DNA from: Candidatus Peribacter riflensis
GTDB lineage: Bacteria > Patescibacteriota > Gracilibacteria > Peribacterales > Peribacteraceae
Reading direction: 5' to 3'
Assembly (NCBI GenBank): GCA_001430755.1
Contig: CP013062.1
Span: forward strand, 180,001-212,000
Length of the DNA: 32,000 bases
Made by a program: the position numbers and the translations under genes
Shown: positions 24,717 to 32,000 of the stretch, one piece after another
Layout: every line of letters starts with the position of its first letter
How positions within the stretch are numbered: position 1 is the stretch's first letter
Notes under the pieces: model-generated
What the model was told of the DNA's origin: nothing
Databases searched by the model: none
The model's input: the letters and a program-made list of their open reading frames with translations, nothing else

Positions 24717-24974
24717 ATGGGAACGTTCCCTCCGCCTCCATCCCCCGAGCCGTCCTTCGGTTCGTTGCGCGATTTCGTGGATGCGTCGGTCGATCACAAG
24801 GTGATGGGATTGAGCGTCACGTTCCAGGAGAGCGTCCTGGCGATCGTCGGGTTCAGTTCCGTGCCGCAGAAGATGACGAGGAAAGTGCGGGAGGCCATCC
24901 AGCATTGGTTTACGCTCAATCAGCGCACGCCCGAGACGGTCATGATCGATATCCGCCGGCCCGAAGAACAGTGA
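24717..24974 (+). CDS. 85-aa hypothetical protein
   Basis: The ATG at 24717 lies within ORF 24705..24974. No motif recognised. The call rests only on ORF length and fit between neighbouring genes. Confidence 0.35.
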   Translation: MGTFPPPPSPEPSFGSLRDFVDASVDHKVMGLSVTFQESVLAIVGFSSVPQKMTRKVREAIQHWFTLNQRTPETVMIDIRRPEEQ

Positions 24975-24976
24975 CG

Positions 24977-25011
24977 GATTTGCGATTTGGAAAAAAATCG
25001 CAAGTCGCAAA
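24977..25011 (+). other. mutually exclusive hairpins in the yhhQ leader
   Basis: TTGCGATTT (24979-24987) pairs with AAATCGCAA (24994-25002). Alternatively, ATTTGCGA (24977-24984) pairs with the second copy TCGCAAAT (25004-25011). An A7 run lies between them. Confidence 0.3.
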
Positions 25012-25065
25012 TCAGAAAATCGTCAATTGTTCCACAAATCTTCGTTCTGTCTCTACACTGAGCCC

Positions 25066-25776
25066 ATGCGTCCCTACCGCTACGTGGATATCGTCATGGC
25101 CGTCTTCGTGGCCGTGCTGCTCATCAGCAATATTGCGTCGTCTGCGAAGATCGTGGATGCGGGTGTTTCCATCTTGGGCCTTCGGCTTTCCTTCGACGGC
25201 GGTACGCTGCTCTTCCCGTTGAGTTACATCTTCGGTGACATCCTCACCGAGGTCTACGGGTACGCGCGCTCACGGCGCGTCATCTGGACTGGATTTGCTG
25301 TTTCGCTCCTCATGAGCCTGAGTCTCTGGATCATCCAAATACTGCCGGGCGAGGAGGCGTGGCTGGGCTACGCGGGTGATCAGGCCTATAGCGTGATTCT
25401 CGGGAGCGTCAGCTCCGGCGCGATCGTTCTGGCCAGTCTGCTCGCGTACCTGTTCGGCGAATTCTCCAATTCCTATGTCCTCGCCAAAATGAAAGTGGCA
25501 ATGTCCGGTCGTCACCTCTGGGTGCGCACGATCGGCTCAACGCTCGTGGGGCAGGGGATTGATACTGTCCTCTTTATCGCGCTCGCCTGCGCGTTCGGCG
25601 TCTTTCCGTGGGCGATTGCCCTGAGTCTCATCGTGAGCAATTACCTGCTCAAAGTGGGGATCGAAGTACTGTTCACCCCTGCAACGTATGGCATTATTGG
25701 TTTTCTCAAGAAGAGGGAGCAGGAGGATTTCTATGACCGGGATACGCGTTTTAATCCATTTCTCCTTAATATTTGA
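25066..25776 (+). CDS. yhhQ: YhhQ/VUT-family (DUF165) queuosine-precursor transporter
   Basis: The ATG at 25066 gives 'MRPYRYVDIVMAVFVAVLLISNIASSAKIV...FDGGTLLFPLSYIFGDILTEVYGY'. A polytopic membrane protein. Confidence 0.85.
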   Translation: MRPYRYVDIVMAVFVAVLLISNIASSAKIVDAGVSILGLRLSFDGGTLLFPLSYIFGDILTEVYGYARSRRVIWTGFAVSLLMSLSLWIIQILPGEEAWLGYAGDQAYSVILGSVSSGAIVLASLLAYLFGEFSNSYVLAKMKVAMSGRHLWVRTIGSTLVGQGIDTVLFIALACAFGVFPWAIALSLIVSNYLLKVGIEVLFTPATYGIIGFLKKREQEDFYDRDTRFNPFLLNI

Positions 25777-25800
25777 CAGTCATTAATTATAGTTTATAAT
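25773..25800 (+). promoter_or_regulatory. consensus sigma70 promoter positioned for a leaderless transcript
   Basis: TTGACA (25773-25778, overlapping the yhhQ stop codon), a 16-nt spacer, TATAAT (25795-25800), then 6 nt to the ATG at 25807. Confidence 0.6.
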
Positions 25801-25806
25801 TTCTTT

Positions 25807-26082
25807 ATGGAAACTACACCCCGTGCAACGAACGAATCACTGCCTGAGGAATTTTTCGTTCGTCTTGGTCAGGGAGAGGAGAGAACGGATCAGATGTTAT
25901 CTGCCACCGTACACGAGGCCTGTCGGGAGATTGCTCAGCACGGTGATCCTCTGAGCGAGATTGCGGAACTGCGCGGGTTCCAGCCAGATCCCGATGAAGT
26001 GACAGAGCCTGAAGATCGTCGTGGTGTGTATCCCTTGTCACCAGACATCCGCGACTACCAGTCGCCAAGACAGCATGGTTAG
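25807..26082 (+). CDS. 91-aa acidic hypothetical protein, probably leaderless
   Basis: The ORF starts at the predicted transcription start of the consensus promoter. It lies in a lower-GC island (about 25777-26340). No motif recognised. Confidence 0.5.
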   Translation: METTPRATNESLPEEFFVRLGQGEERTDQMLSATVHEACREIAQHGDPLSEIAELRGFQPDPDEVTEPEDRRGVYPLSPDIRDYQSPRQHG

Positions 26083-26212
26083 AACTGCCGCATAAACCCT
26101 ACGTCTGCTGCGCCGGAGCCAAAAATGTGCAATTGGCGAAATTGTTATCAGATTGATCAGAAGCAGACGATTTACCGATGGTTCTACTGTCGCACCACGA
26201 GCCTCCAGAGCA

Positions 26213-26240
26213 TTGACTATTTCTAAAATAATGGTAGATT
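26213..26240 (+). promoter_or_regulatory. sigma70-like promoter for the 847-aa gene
   Basis: TTGACT (26213-26218), a 16-nt spacer, then TAGATT (26235-26240), about 100 nt upstream of the ATG at 26341. Confidence 0.4.
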
Positions 26241-26340
26241 GAACAAAGCGTTTCTGGCCGTTCTGCCAAGTGTTTGAACGGCGCTAGCGCGTTGTTCCTT
26301 GGCATTAACGGCTTCTATTTTCAGGAAAGGGTGAGAAACG

Positions 26341-28884
26341 ATGAGTACTGCAAGAAAGAGTCGGAGCAGTCAGGATTGGGGACGAGTGCGCACAGGTCGG
26401 AAGACGCGTTATGAAAATCTGGAGACACGGGAATTGTTGGCCGCCATCACCGCCAAGGTCGCCGTCTTCACATCGAATGTTGGTGACCAAAGCATGGTCA
26501 CGGAGTGGCGTGATACGGCAATAGGCGCCGAAGAAATGGTCGTGACACTGCAGCCGTGGACCCATATCAAGAGCATGAGCTACGGGATCCAGGGGCCGCG
26601 CGGAGGCGTTGATTCCGGAGTGCTGAAGGCCGACCTCACGGGCCGCGATGGCACGTGGGGCGAGCTCGACGGCTACTACGAAACGACGCTCGCGACCGAC
26701 CAGGTCGCGGAGGACGGCAAGTTGTCGTTCAACCTCCCCGGCTGGGGCATGCAGATCCCCGAGCAGGGATTGCCCCTGCAGGTGGAAATGCAATTCCACG
26801 ATACTGCCCCGGTCGGAAAGTACCGCCTGAATGAGCCGGCCTTGTCGGTGAAGAGCAGCTACGGGCGGGTGCAGGTGCTTCAGTTCGGGTACAAGAACCC
26901 GACTATCACAGTTCAGCAGTGCGCTGAGCTGAATGTCGGCATCGATGGGCCGGCGTCGCAGACGATCAGCCCGGATGACGATGATGTAGTGCTCGCGCGC
27001 GTCAACTTCGACGCCAGCGAGGCACTGAATACCTATTCCATCCCCGTGCTCCTCGAAGGGAGCAATGCCGGTGGCCAAACCATCGACGCCGGGGAACTGG
27101 TCACGGACGTTGAATTGCGCAACGTTGTGACGGGTCAAACCATTGACGCAGTGATGGCTCCCGGCGATTACGGGGATTCCCAACTCTACCTCTTCGAGAG
27201 CTTCGTGCTCGACCAGGGGAGGAGCACGTGGGAGATCCGTGTGGACATGACTGGTGGTGAAAGCGGCGATAGGGTCCGCGCCTCCGTTCTGGACGGCGTG
27301 GACATCAACAACCGATGGTGGGGAATCCAAACCAGCCAACTGGATGGAAACGGCCCGGTGGAGACCTCCCCCGGCGGCACCATCTCGGGCAACTGGCAGG
27401 AGATCAGCGTCCCCCACGTCACCGTGACGCCGCGCGCCATGCAGTCTTCTCTGCATGTCGTCGAGAACCAGAAGAACGTCGAGGTCTTCGTCTTCGATGT
27501 CTACGCGGAAGGTGCAAAAGACCTGCTCACCACAGCGTTCGCCTTTGAGGGTGAGCACCTGGTGAATGGGCAGAACTACGCCGTGTGGTTCGACTCCGAC
27601 AAGGATGGGAGTCGGGATGTCATCATCCAGGATGGAATTGTCTCTGTGAACGGGGAAGTCCATGCGGATAACCTCGTGAGCGGTGGCATCGTGGTCCCGG
27701 CCGGCAGCACCGATCGCTTCTGGCTCACGACTGACATCGCGAGCAGCTCGCTGCCCGCCCCCGACAACACGTTGCAGGTGTGGTTCGCGTCGCAAAACCC
27801 CGTCGAAGCGGAAACGCTCGACGACGGCGCGAGTCTCACGAACAATCAGTTCACGATTGCCTCCGGCGTGGGTGTGCCGGTGACGATCTATAAGCACGGA
27901 ACCTTCCGTGCGGAACAGGATTCCATGCTCCTCCAGCCGCGGCTGATGCTGGGCGGGGCGCAGAGTGAGTCGCTGGTGAGTGCGGAGTTCGGTGCCGATC
28001 TCGAGGCCGGCGACGTGTACTATGTCGGCCTGGACGTGGAGGGCGACGCCGGTTCCATTGACCGGTTCGAACTCTTCGTCAACGGCAGCGCGGTCCCGCT
28101 TGCGGTTGCTACCCCGGGCGGAGCCGAGCCGGGCGATGATTTCGGCGCCCGGATGAATGCCCAGCAGCTCATCGTTGGTGCGGGTGAGGAGAAAGATGTT
28201 GCGATCAGCGCGCGGATCAAGTCGGACGTCAATGGCGGCGTGTCGGGAGACACGTTCACCGTTGTGGTCGATACGGTCTACGTGCGGGGAGTCACCTCGT
28301 CCTCACAGTCGACACTGAATGTCGACATCCGCTCCCCGGAGGAGACCGTGGTGATGTCCAAGTTGACCAGCGTCACCAATGCCGGTCCCACCACGGCTGC
28401 GATGCCCTCGGGTGTCGCGGAGATTGGGTCTTTTCAGTTCGTTGCCGCGGCCAACGTCAACACTCGGGACAATTTGAACAGGGTCGATCTGGATCAGCTC
28501 ACGTTTGAGGTCAACACCCTGAACGTCGAGCTGGATACGTTGTCGTTTGCCCTGTACAACAAGGCCAACGCGGCTTTGACTGCCATCCCGTCGACGGTGG
28601 TGGTGCTGTCGCCCGGCTGCTATCGTGTGACGTTCACAGATCTCAGGCATTCTGCGCCCTATGTCGCGATCGGGAGCGGAGCGAGCGCCACGTTCGGGCT
28701 CCGGGTCAACGTGACCAACCCGAACACTGCCGCCGCGAGCGGTGGAGAGTCCAGTCTCAGGACCACCCTTGATCTGCGCGACGACTACTTCTCGTGGTTC
28801 GATGAGGACTTTGGCACGTCTACCCAGATCAACGGGACGGGCCTTGCGGATGACTTCATCCGCGGAATGTTGTTGCAGGGCTAG
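26341..28884 (+). CDS. 847-aa repetitive beta-rich, nearly Cys-free putative surface/secreted protein
   Basis: It is the longest frame. The composition is Thr/Ser/Gly/Val/Asp-rich. The N-terminus is basic and followed by 'ENLETRELLAA'. At least four divergent modules have alternating-hydrophobic strands. The antisense 530-aa ORF is Arg/His/Gly-rich shadow. Confidence 0.8.
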   Translation: MSTARKSRSSQDWGRVRTGRKTRYENLETRELLAAITAKVAVFTSNVGDQSMVTEWRDTAIGAEEMVVTLQPWTHIKSMSYGIQGPRGGVDSGVLKADLTGRDGTWGELDGYYETTLATDQVAEDGKLSFNLPGWGMQIPEQGLPLQVEMQFHDTAPVGKYRLNEPALSVKSSYGRVQVLQFGYKNPTITVQQCAELNVGIDGPASQTISPDDDDVVLARVNFDASEALNTYSIPVLLEGSNAGGQTIDAGELVTDVELRNVVTGQTIDAVMAPGDYGDSQLYLFESFVLDQGRSTWEIRVDMTGGESGDRVRASVLDGVDINNRWWGIQTSQLDGNGPVETSPGGTISGNWQEISVPHVTVTPRAMQSSLHVVENQKNVEVFVFDVYAEGAKDLLTTAFAFEGEHLVNGQNYAVWFDSDKDGSRDVIIQDGIVSVNGEVHADNLVSGGIVVPAGSTDRFWLTTDIASSSLPAPDNTLQVWFASQNPVEAETLDDGASLTNNQFTIASGVGVPVTIYKHGTFRAEQDSMLLQPRLMLGGAQSESLVSAEFGADLEAGDVYYVGLDVEGDAGSIDRFELFVNGSAVPLAVATPGGAEPGDDFGARMNAQQLIVGAGEEKDVAISARIKSDVNGGVSGDTFTVVVDTVYVRGVTSSSQSTLNVDIRSPEETVVMSKLTSVTNAGPTTAAMPSGVAEIGSFQFVAAANVNTRDNLNRVDLDQLTFEVNTLNVELDTLSFALYNKANAALTAIPSTVVVLSPGCYRVTFTDLRHSAPYVAIGSGASATFGLRVNVTNPNTAAASGGESSLRTTLDLRDDYFSWFDEDFGTSTQINGTGLADDFIRGMLLQG

Positions 28885-28951
28885 TCCATAGCCCCAATAG
28901 AAGCCCATTGCCATAGGCAAGCAGCTGCCTGCCCAAGCGCAGGTAGCACTC

Positions 28952-28984
28952 ACCCCCCAGTCCACGTTGGACTGGGGGGTTTTT
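28952..28984 (+). terminator. rho-independent terminator of the 847-aa gene
   Basis: CCCCCCAGTCCA (28953-28964), loop CGT, TGGACTGGGGGG (28968-28979), then TTTTT (28980-28984). Confidence 0.85.
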
Positions 28985-28989
28985 AAGAA

Positions 28990-30009
28990 TCAAAATTGTC
29001 TGAGGAATCGCAGGTCCCCCGCGAAGAACGCCCGTAAGTCGGGGATCTGGTGTTTGATCATGATCATGCGCTCCACCCCGAAGCCGAAGGCGAAGCCCTG
29101 GTACTGTTTCGGATCGATGCCGCAGTTCCTCAGCACATTCGGGTGCACCATGCCGCAGCCCACCACCTCCAGCCACTTGCCCTCGCGGCTGTCTTCCTCG
29201 TCGCCCTGCCAGCGCATGTCCACCTCCAATCCCGGTTCGACGAAGGGAAAGAAGCCCGTCCTGAAGCGGAATTCCGCCTTGGGCGAGATCAGCTCACGGA
29301 TAGCGGTGATCATCACGGCCTTCATGTTTGCCAGTGTCACGTCTCTGCCGATCATCAGTCCCTCGAACTGGTGGAACATGGGGGAGTGCGTGGCGTCGGA
29401 ATCTTTGCGGTACACCTTACCCGGCGCAATCACGCGCAGAGGCGGCTTGTGGCTCTGCATGTAGCGGATCTGCATCGGGGAGGTCTGGGTGCGGAGGAGC
29501 AGGCGGTCCTCAGGATTTTTGGTCTTGATCCAAAACGTATCCTGCGCGTCGCGCGCGGGGTGGTCACGCGGGATATTGAGCAGGTTGAAATTGAATTCCT
29601 CGGTTTCGACCTCCGGGCCGGTGGCGATGTCGAAACCCATCCGGCCGAAGACCTCCTCCACCTGACGGATGAACTCCGGAATCAGGTGCAGGTGGCCGCG
29701 CTCGCGCTGCGGCAATTCCAGCGTGACGTCGATGCGATCCGAAGTTTTCAAAGATTCCTGCGACGGGACTGCCAGTTCTTTCCGGCGTAGCTGAATGAGC
29801 TCCTCGAATGCCCGTTTCCACGTATTGAGTTCCGCAGCGGCTTTCTTGCGATCATCCGCAGGAATTTCGTGCAGGCCTTTGAGGGCAAGGGTCATGGCGC
29901 CTGCCTTGCGTCCGAACAGTTCCTGCTCGACTGCCGCGAGCTCCTCAGCCGTCTTGGCTGCACGGAGGCGTCCGTCGAAGGATTCCCAATCGGTCTTTTG
30001 GTCGGTCAT
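28990..30009 (-). CDS. pheS: phenylalanine--tRNA ligase alpha subunit
   Basis: 339 aa. 'NLLNIPRDHPARDAQDTFWI' and 'FRFRTGFFPFVEPGLEVD', the class II motifs. No pheT downstream. Confidence 0.95.
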   Translation of the reverse strand: MTDQKTDWESFDGRLRAAKTAEELAAVEQELFGRKAGAMTLALKGLHEIPADDRKKAAAELNTWKRAFEELIQLRRKELAVPSQESLKTSDRIDVTLELPQRERGHLHLIPEFIRQVEEVFGRMGFDIATGPEVETEEFNFNLLNIPRDHPARDAQDTFWIKTKNPEDRLLLRTQTSPMQIRYMQSHKPPLRVIAPGKVYRKDSDATHSPMFHQFEGLMIGRDVTLANMKAVMITAIRELISPKAEFRFRTGFFPFVEPGLEVDMRWQGDEEDSREGKWLEVVGCGMVHPNVLRNCGIDPKQYQGFAFGFGVERMIMIKHQIPDLRAFFAGDLRFLRQF

Positions 30010-30034
30010 AGTCGGAGACAGTGTACCTTTGTTC

Positions 30035-30130
30035 GGGAATTTGGGAACTAGGGGACTTGGGAACTAGAGACTCAAAAAAGATGGCACTTCTCAACCGAAT
30101 TCCCTATTTCCCGAGTTCCCTACTTCCCTC
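30035..30130. repeat. inverted repeat built from GGGAAnTn octamers
   Basis: The left arm 'GGGAATTTGGGAACTAGGGGACTTGGGAACT' matches the reverse complement of the right arm 'GGGAAGTAGGGAACTCGGGAAATAGGGAAT' at about 24 of 31 positions. The loop is about 30 nt. Confidence 0.65.
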
Positions 30131-30131
30131 G

Positions 30132-30494
30132 TCACTGGTCCAGTGCCAATTCGATCAACCCAAACACCAGGAAAATCAGCACCGCGATCCACCAAGTGAG
30201 CAGTTGCCAGAGGTGAAAGAGGACGAGTGTGACCATCGCAAGCGCCAGAAAGACGCCCTGCCGCAGCGACACGCTCATGATCTTGCCGGCATCCCAGCTG
30301 TGAGTGGGGAGCAGTCTCCACAGGAGCAGAAAGACCAGGGCGCCGGCCGTGCTCACCGAGAGGAAGAGGCTCAAGAAGAATGCAGGAATCGCCTGTCCGG
30401 GCGCCGTGAGAGGGCTCACCCGGAGCAGGATGATCACGAGGGAGGTGGCAGAGAGGAGTGCCGCCAGCGAGAGACCGAAGAGGAGGGAAGTCAT
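30132..30494 (-). CDS. hypothetical 4-TM membrane protein
   Basis: 120 aa, strongly hydrophobic. Same strand as its neighbours. Confidence 0.6.
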   Translation of the reverse strand: MTSLLFGLSLAALLSATSLVIILLRVSPLTAPGQAIPAFFLSLFLSVSTAGALVFLLLWRLLPTHSWDAGKIMSVSLRQGVFLALAMVTLVLFHLWQLLTWWIAVLIFLVFGLIELALDQ

Positions 30495-30498
30495 GGCA

Positions 30499-30592
30499 AA
30501 GAATGATGAAGGAAGAATTATGAAGTAAGAATGACTTCCTTTTCATCATTCTTAATTCCTAATTCATTATTCTTAATTCCTAATTCATTATT
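30499..30592. repeat. AT-rich hairpin plus a perfect 21-bp tandem duplication, overlapping the UDG 3' end
   Basis: AAGAATGATGAAGGAAG (30499-30515) pairs with CTTCCTTTTCATCATTCTT (30535-30553), leaving a 2-nt bulge. 'tcttaattcctaattcattat' is repeated exactly at 30550-30570 and 30571-30591. It shares the GAATTATGAA word with the 3964-4030 element. Confidence 0.85.
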
Positions 30593-31183
30593 CTTCTTCG
30601 TTGTCTCGAGAAACAGCCCCAGCGCTCGGAAATCCTCAAACAGTGCCTCTCGCAGATTTCCGTTATGCAGCGCAGCGGCGGGGTGGTAGATGGGGAAGAC
30701 CGTGACGTCATCGGTCAGCTTCTGGGGCTTGCCGTGGGCGGCGGTGATGCTGAGCTTCTGGAAGAAGTGCCCCAGGGCATGGCGTCCGAGCGGAACGATC
30801 ACCTTCGGTTTGATGAGAGCCATCTCCATCTTGAGCCACGGCATACACTGCGCCTTCTCATCATCGGTGGGATCCCGATTCGCGGGGGGGCGGTACTTCA
30901 CGACGTTGCTGATGTACACGTCTGCACGCTTGAGCCCGATCGACATGAGGAGCTCATCGAGGAACTTGCCTGCGGGTCCCACGAACGGGCGTCCGAGTTT
31001 GTCTTCCTGTTCGCCCGGCGCTTCGCCGATGAACATGACCTCCGCCTGCGGATTGCCTTCGCCCAGCACGGGGTTAGCCGTTTCGTGCAGCGGACAGCCT
31101 TTCCATGCCTTCAGTTTCTCCTGCAGGAGCGGGAGGGTGAGTTCCATCCCCGCCATGGTAGCACCAGCCACCCCTCTCTTCAT
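30518..31183 (-). CDS. family-4 uracil-DNA glycosylase with a repeat-encoded C-terminal tail
   Basis: 221 aa. 'GEGNPQAEVMFIGEAPGEQEDKLGRPFVGPAGKFLDELL' and 'HPAAAL'. The tail 'NNELGIKNNELGIKNDEKEVILTS' is encoded by the AT-rich repeat. Confidence 0.9.
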   Translation of the reverse strand: MKRGVAGATMAGMELTLPLLQEKLKAWKGCPLHETANPVLGEGNPQAEVMFIGEAPGEQEDKLGRPFVGPAGKFLDELLMSIGLKRADVYISNVVKYRPPANRDPTDDEKAQCMPWLKMEMALIKPKVIVPLGRHALGHFFQKLSITAAHGKPQKLTDDVTVFPIYHPAAALHNGNLREALFEDFRALGLFLETTKKNNELGIKNNELGIKNDEKEVILTS

Positions 31184-31674
31184 TGCCGAAAGTATTTGTC
31201 GATCCGGTTCTGCGTCGCCGGAGAGACCGATCCCCTCATGTCATGCGGAGAGCGTTTTTGCGGTACCGGTGCCCGGGTGTTCCCGGAGAAGTACTGCTCA
31301 ATCCGGTTGGCGGCGGCGTGTTCACGCCGGGGCCAGAAAAGGGCGCTGGCCTGCAGGACCTTGCGAAACTCCTCCAGGAGTCCGTAGCCGATCGGGCGGG
31401 AGCTCGACGGCAGCTGGTTGTATTGATCATGCAGTGTGTCGCGTAGGCGATCCACCTCCCTCTGCAATTCAGGAGTCTGCGGAGATTCCGGGGCCCCTTT
31501 CTCCGACGAACGGTACACGAGTGAGAGCAGGCGCTCGTAGCGGAGTCCAAGATCACGCCGCATCTCCCGGATGTCTCGTCCCTGTGCGTTGTTGCCCGAT
31601 TCGGCTGCGATCATGTTCGTGAGAGCATGCGAGAGATCTTCAACGCCGCGCTGGAGGGCGAGTCTGTGGTACAT
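31180..31674 (-). CDS. 164-aa hypothetical helical protein, translationally coupled to the UDG gene
   Basis: Its stop overlaps the UDG start (ATGA at 31180-31183). Internal repeat 'NRIEQYF' / 'NRIDKYF'. No family recognised. Confidence 0.55.
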   Translation of the reverse strand: MYHRLALQRGVEDLSHALTNMIAAESGNNAQGRDIREMRRDLGLRYERLLSLVYRSSEKGAPESPQTPELQREVDRLRDTLHDQYNQLPSSSRPIGYGLLEEFRKVLQASALFWPRREHAAANRIEQYFSGNTRAPVPQKRSPHDMRGSVSPATQNRIDKYFRQ

Positions 31675-31689
31675 GGCGGAAGGGGTATT

Positions 31690-32000
31690 CTAATAGCCCG
31701 CCTTGATCTTCTCAATGCGCTCGGCCACCTTTTTCTTAAGCTCCGGGTTCCCTTCGGCGAGTATCCGTACGGCTGCCAGAGCGGCATTCTTGGGGTGCAG
31801 CACGGTCATCACCGGCACATCCGATGGCATGCGCAGACTGCTGTGCAGATCCACCTGATACTCCTCCAGATTCTGGGCGGGCGGGCAGGTGAGCACGGGG
31901 TGCACAGAGCTTCCTGCGGCTACACCGCCAAGCCCGTTGCTCATGCCGACCACCGTGATGATGACCTGCGGCTGCGGATCGGCATTCAATTTCGCAATGA
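31690..32000 (-). CDS. purE: PurE, class-II-like (AIR carboxylase type), 5' end beyond the window
   Basis: 'VIITVVGMSNGLGGVAAGSSVHPVLTCPP...LRMPSDVPVMTV' resembles, from my memory, the PAICS AIRc / class II PurE motif '[24 protein letters not shown]' rather than the class I 'AGGAAHLPG'. The frame stays open to position 32000. Confidence 0.75.
   Translation of the reverse strand, partial: IAKLNADPQPQVIITVVGMSNGLGGVAAGSSVHPVLTCPPAQNLEEYQVDLHSSLRMPSDVPVMTVLHPKNAALAAVRILAEGNPELKKKVAERIEKIKAGY

Noticed and set aside
26305-27897. 530-aa ORF on the minus strand, antisense to the 847-aa gene
   Set aside because: Its composition is Arg/His/Gly/Asp/Pro-rich and it lacks motifs. This is the typical shadow ORF of GC-rich coding DNA. 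The plus-strand frame is longer, has its own promoter-like element and ends at a strong terminator.
1-32000. Looked for alternative genetic code, prophage or integrase, toxin-antitoxin, restriction-modification, CRISPR-Cas, reverse transcriptase/DGR, and rRNA/tRNA genes
   Set aside because: Long uninterrupted frames under the standard code. No integrase, transposase, RT (YxDD), Cas or nuclease motifs were recognised in any frame. No intergenic region folds as a tRNA by eye. Absence judged by eye is not proof.

Overview
This is a gene-dense bacterial chromosomal window, GC-rich by eye (roughly 60%, not computed), read in the standard genetic code. I found no rRNA, tRNA, CRISPR array, transposase, integrase or phage genes. 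Positions 1-5004 (+) hold an F-type ATP synthase operon: atpB, a low-GC membrane ORF, then atpE-atpF-atpH-atpA-atpG. The operon stops after gamma, so the beta and epsilon genes are not adjacent. Positions 5039-13163 (-) hold a roughly 8 kb copper/metal-homeostasis cluster, which I consider the most interesting part. It contains small secreted and membrane Cys/His proteins, an HMA/DsbD_2-like/cupredoxin membrane protein, a CopZ-like HMA ORF with no canonical start codon, csoR, a 25-bp palindromic operator, and a 1205-aa CopA. That CopA carries an extra TM helix and a duplicated MacB/FtsX-like ectodomain, and is followed by an intrinsic terminator and a Tat-signal protein with a beta-carbonic-anhydrase-like zinc motif. 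The rest is housekeeping: a Zn-ribbon protein, a PAS histidine kinase, a D-2-hydroxyacid dehydrogenase, a VIT1 transporter, an isopropylmalate-synthase-family enzyme, purM, ftsE, rlmE, rsmG, pyrE, a yhhQ-like transporter, pheS, a family-4 UDG and a class-II-like purE. There is also an 847-aa repetitive beta-rich protein. At the DNA level, several short-period repeat families build hairpins in intergenic spacers: telomere-like GGGTKA hexamers, AT-rich GAATTATGAA units and GGGAAnTn octamers. Two of them have been absorbed into coding sequence (rsmG and the UDG). There are also two consensus promoters placed for leaderless small ORFs and a perfect 26-bp palindrome. All functional calls come from motif recognition by eye, with no database search.
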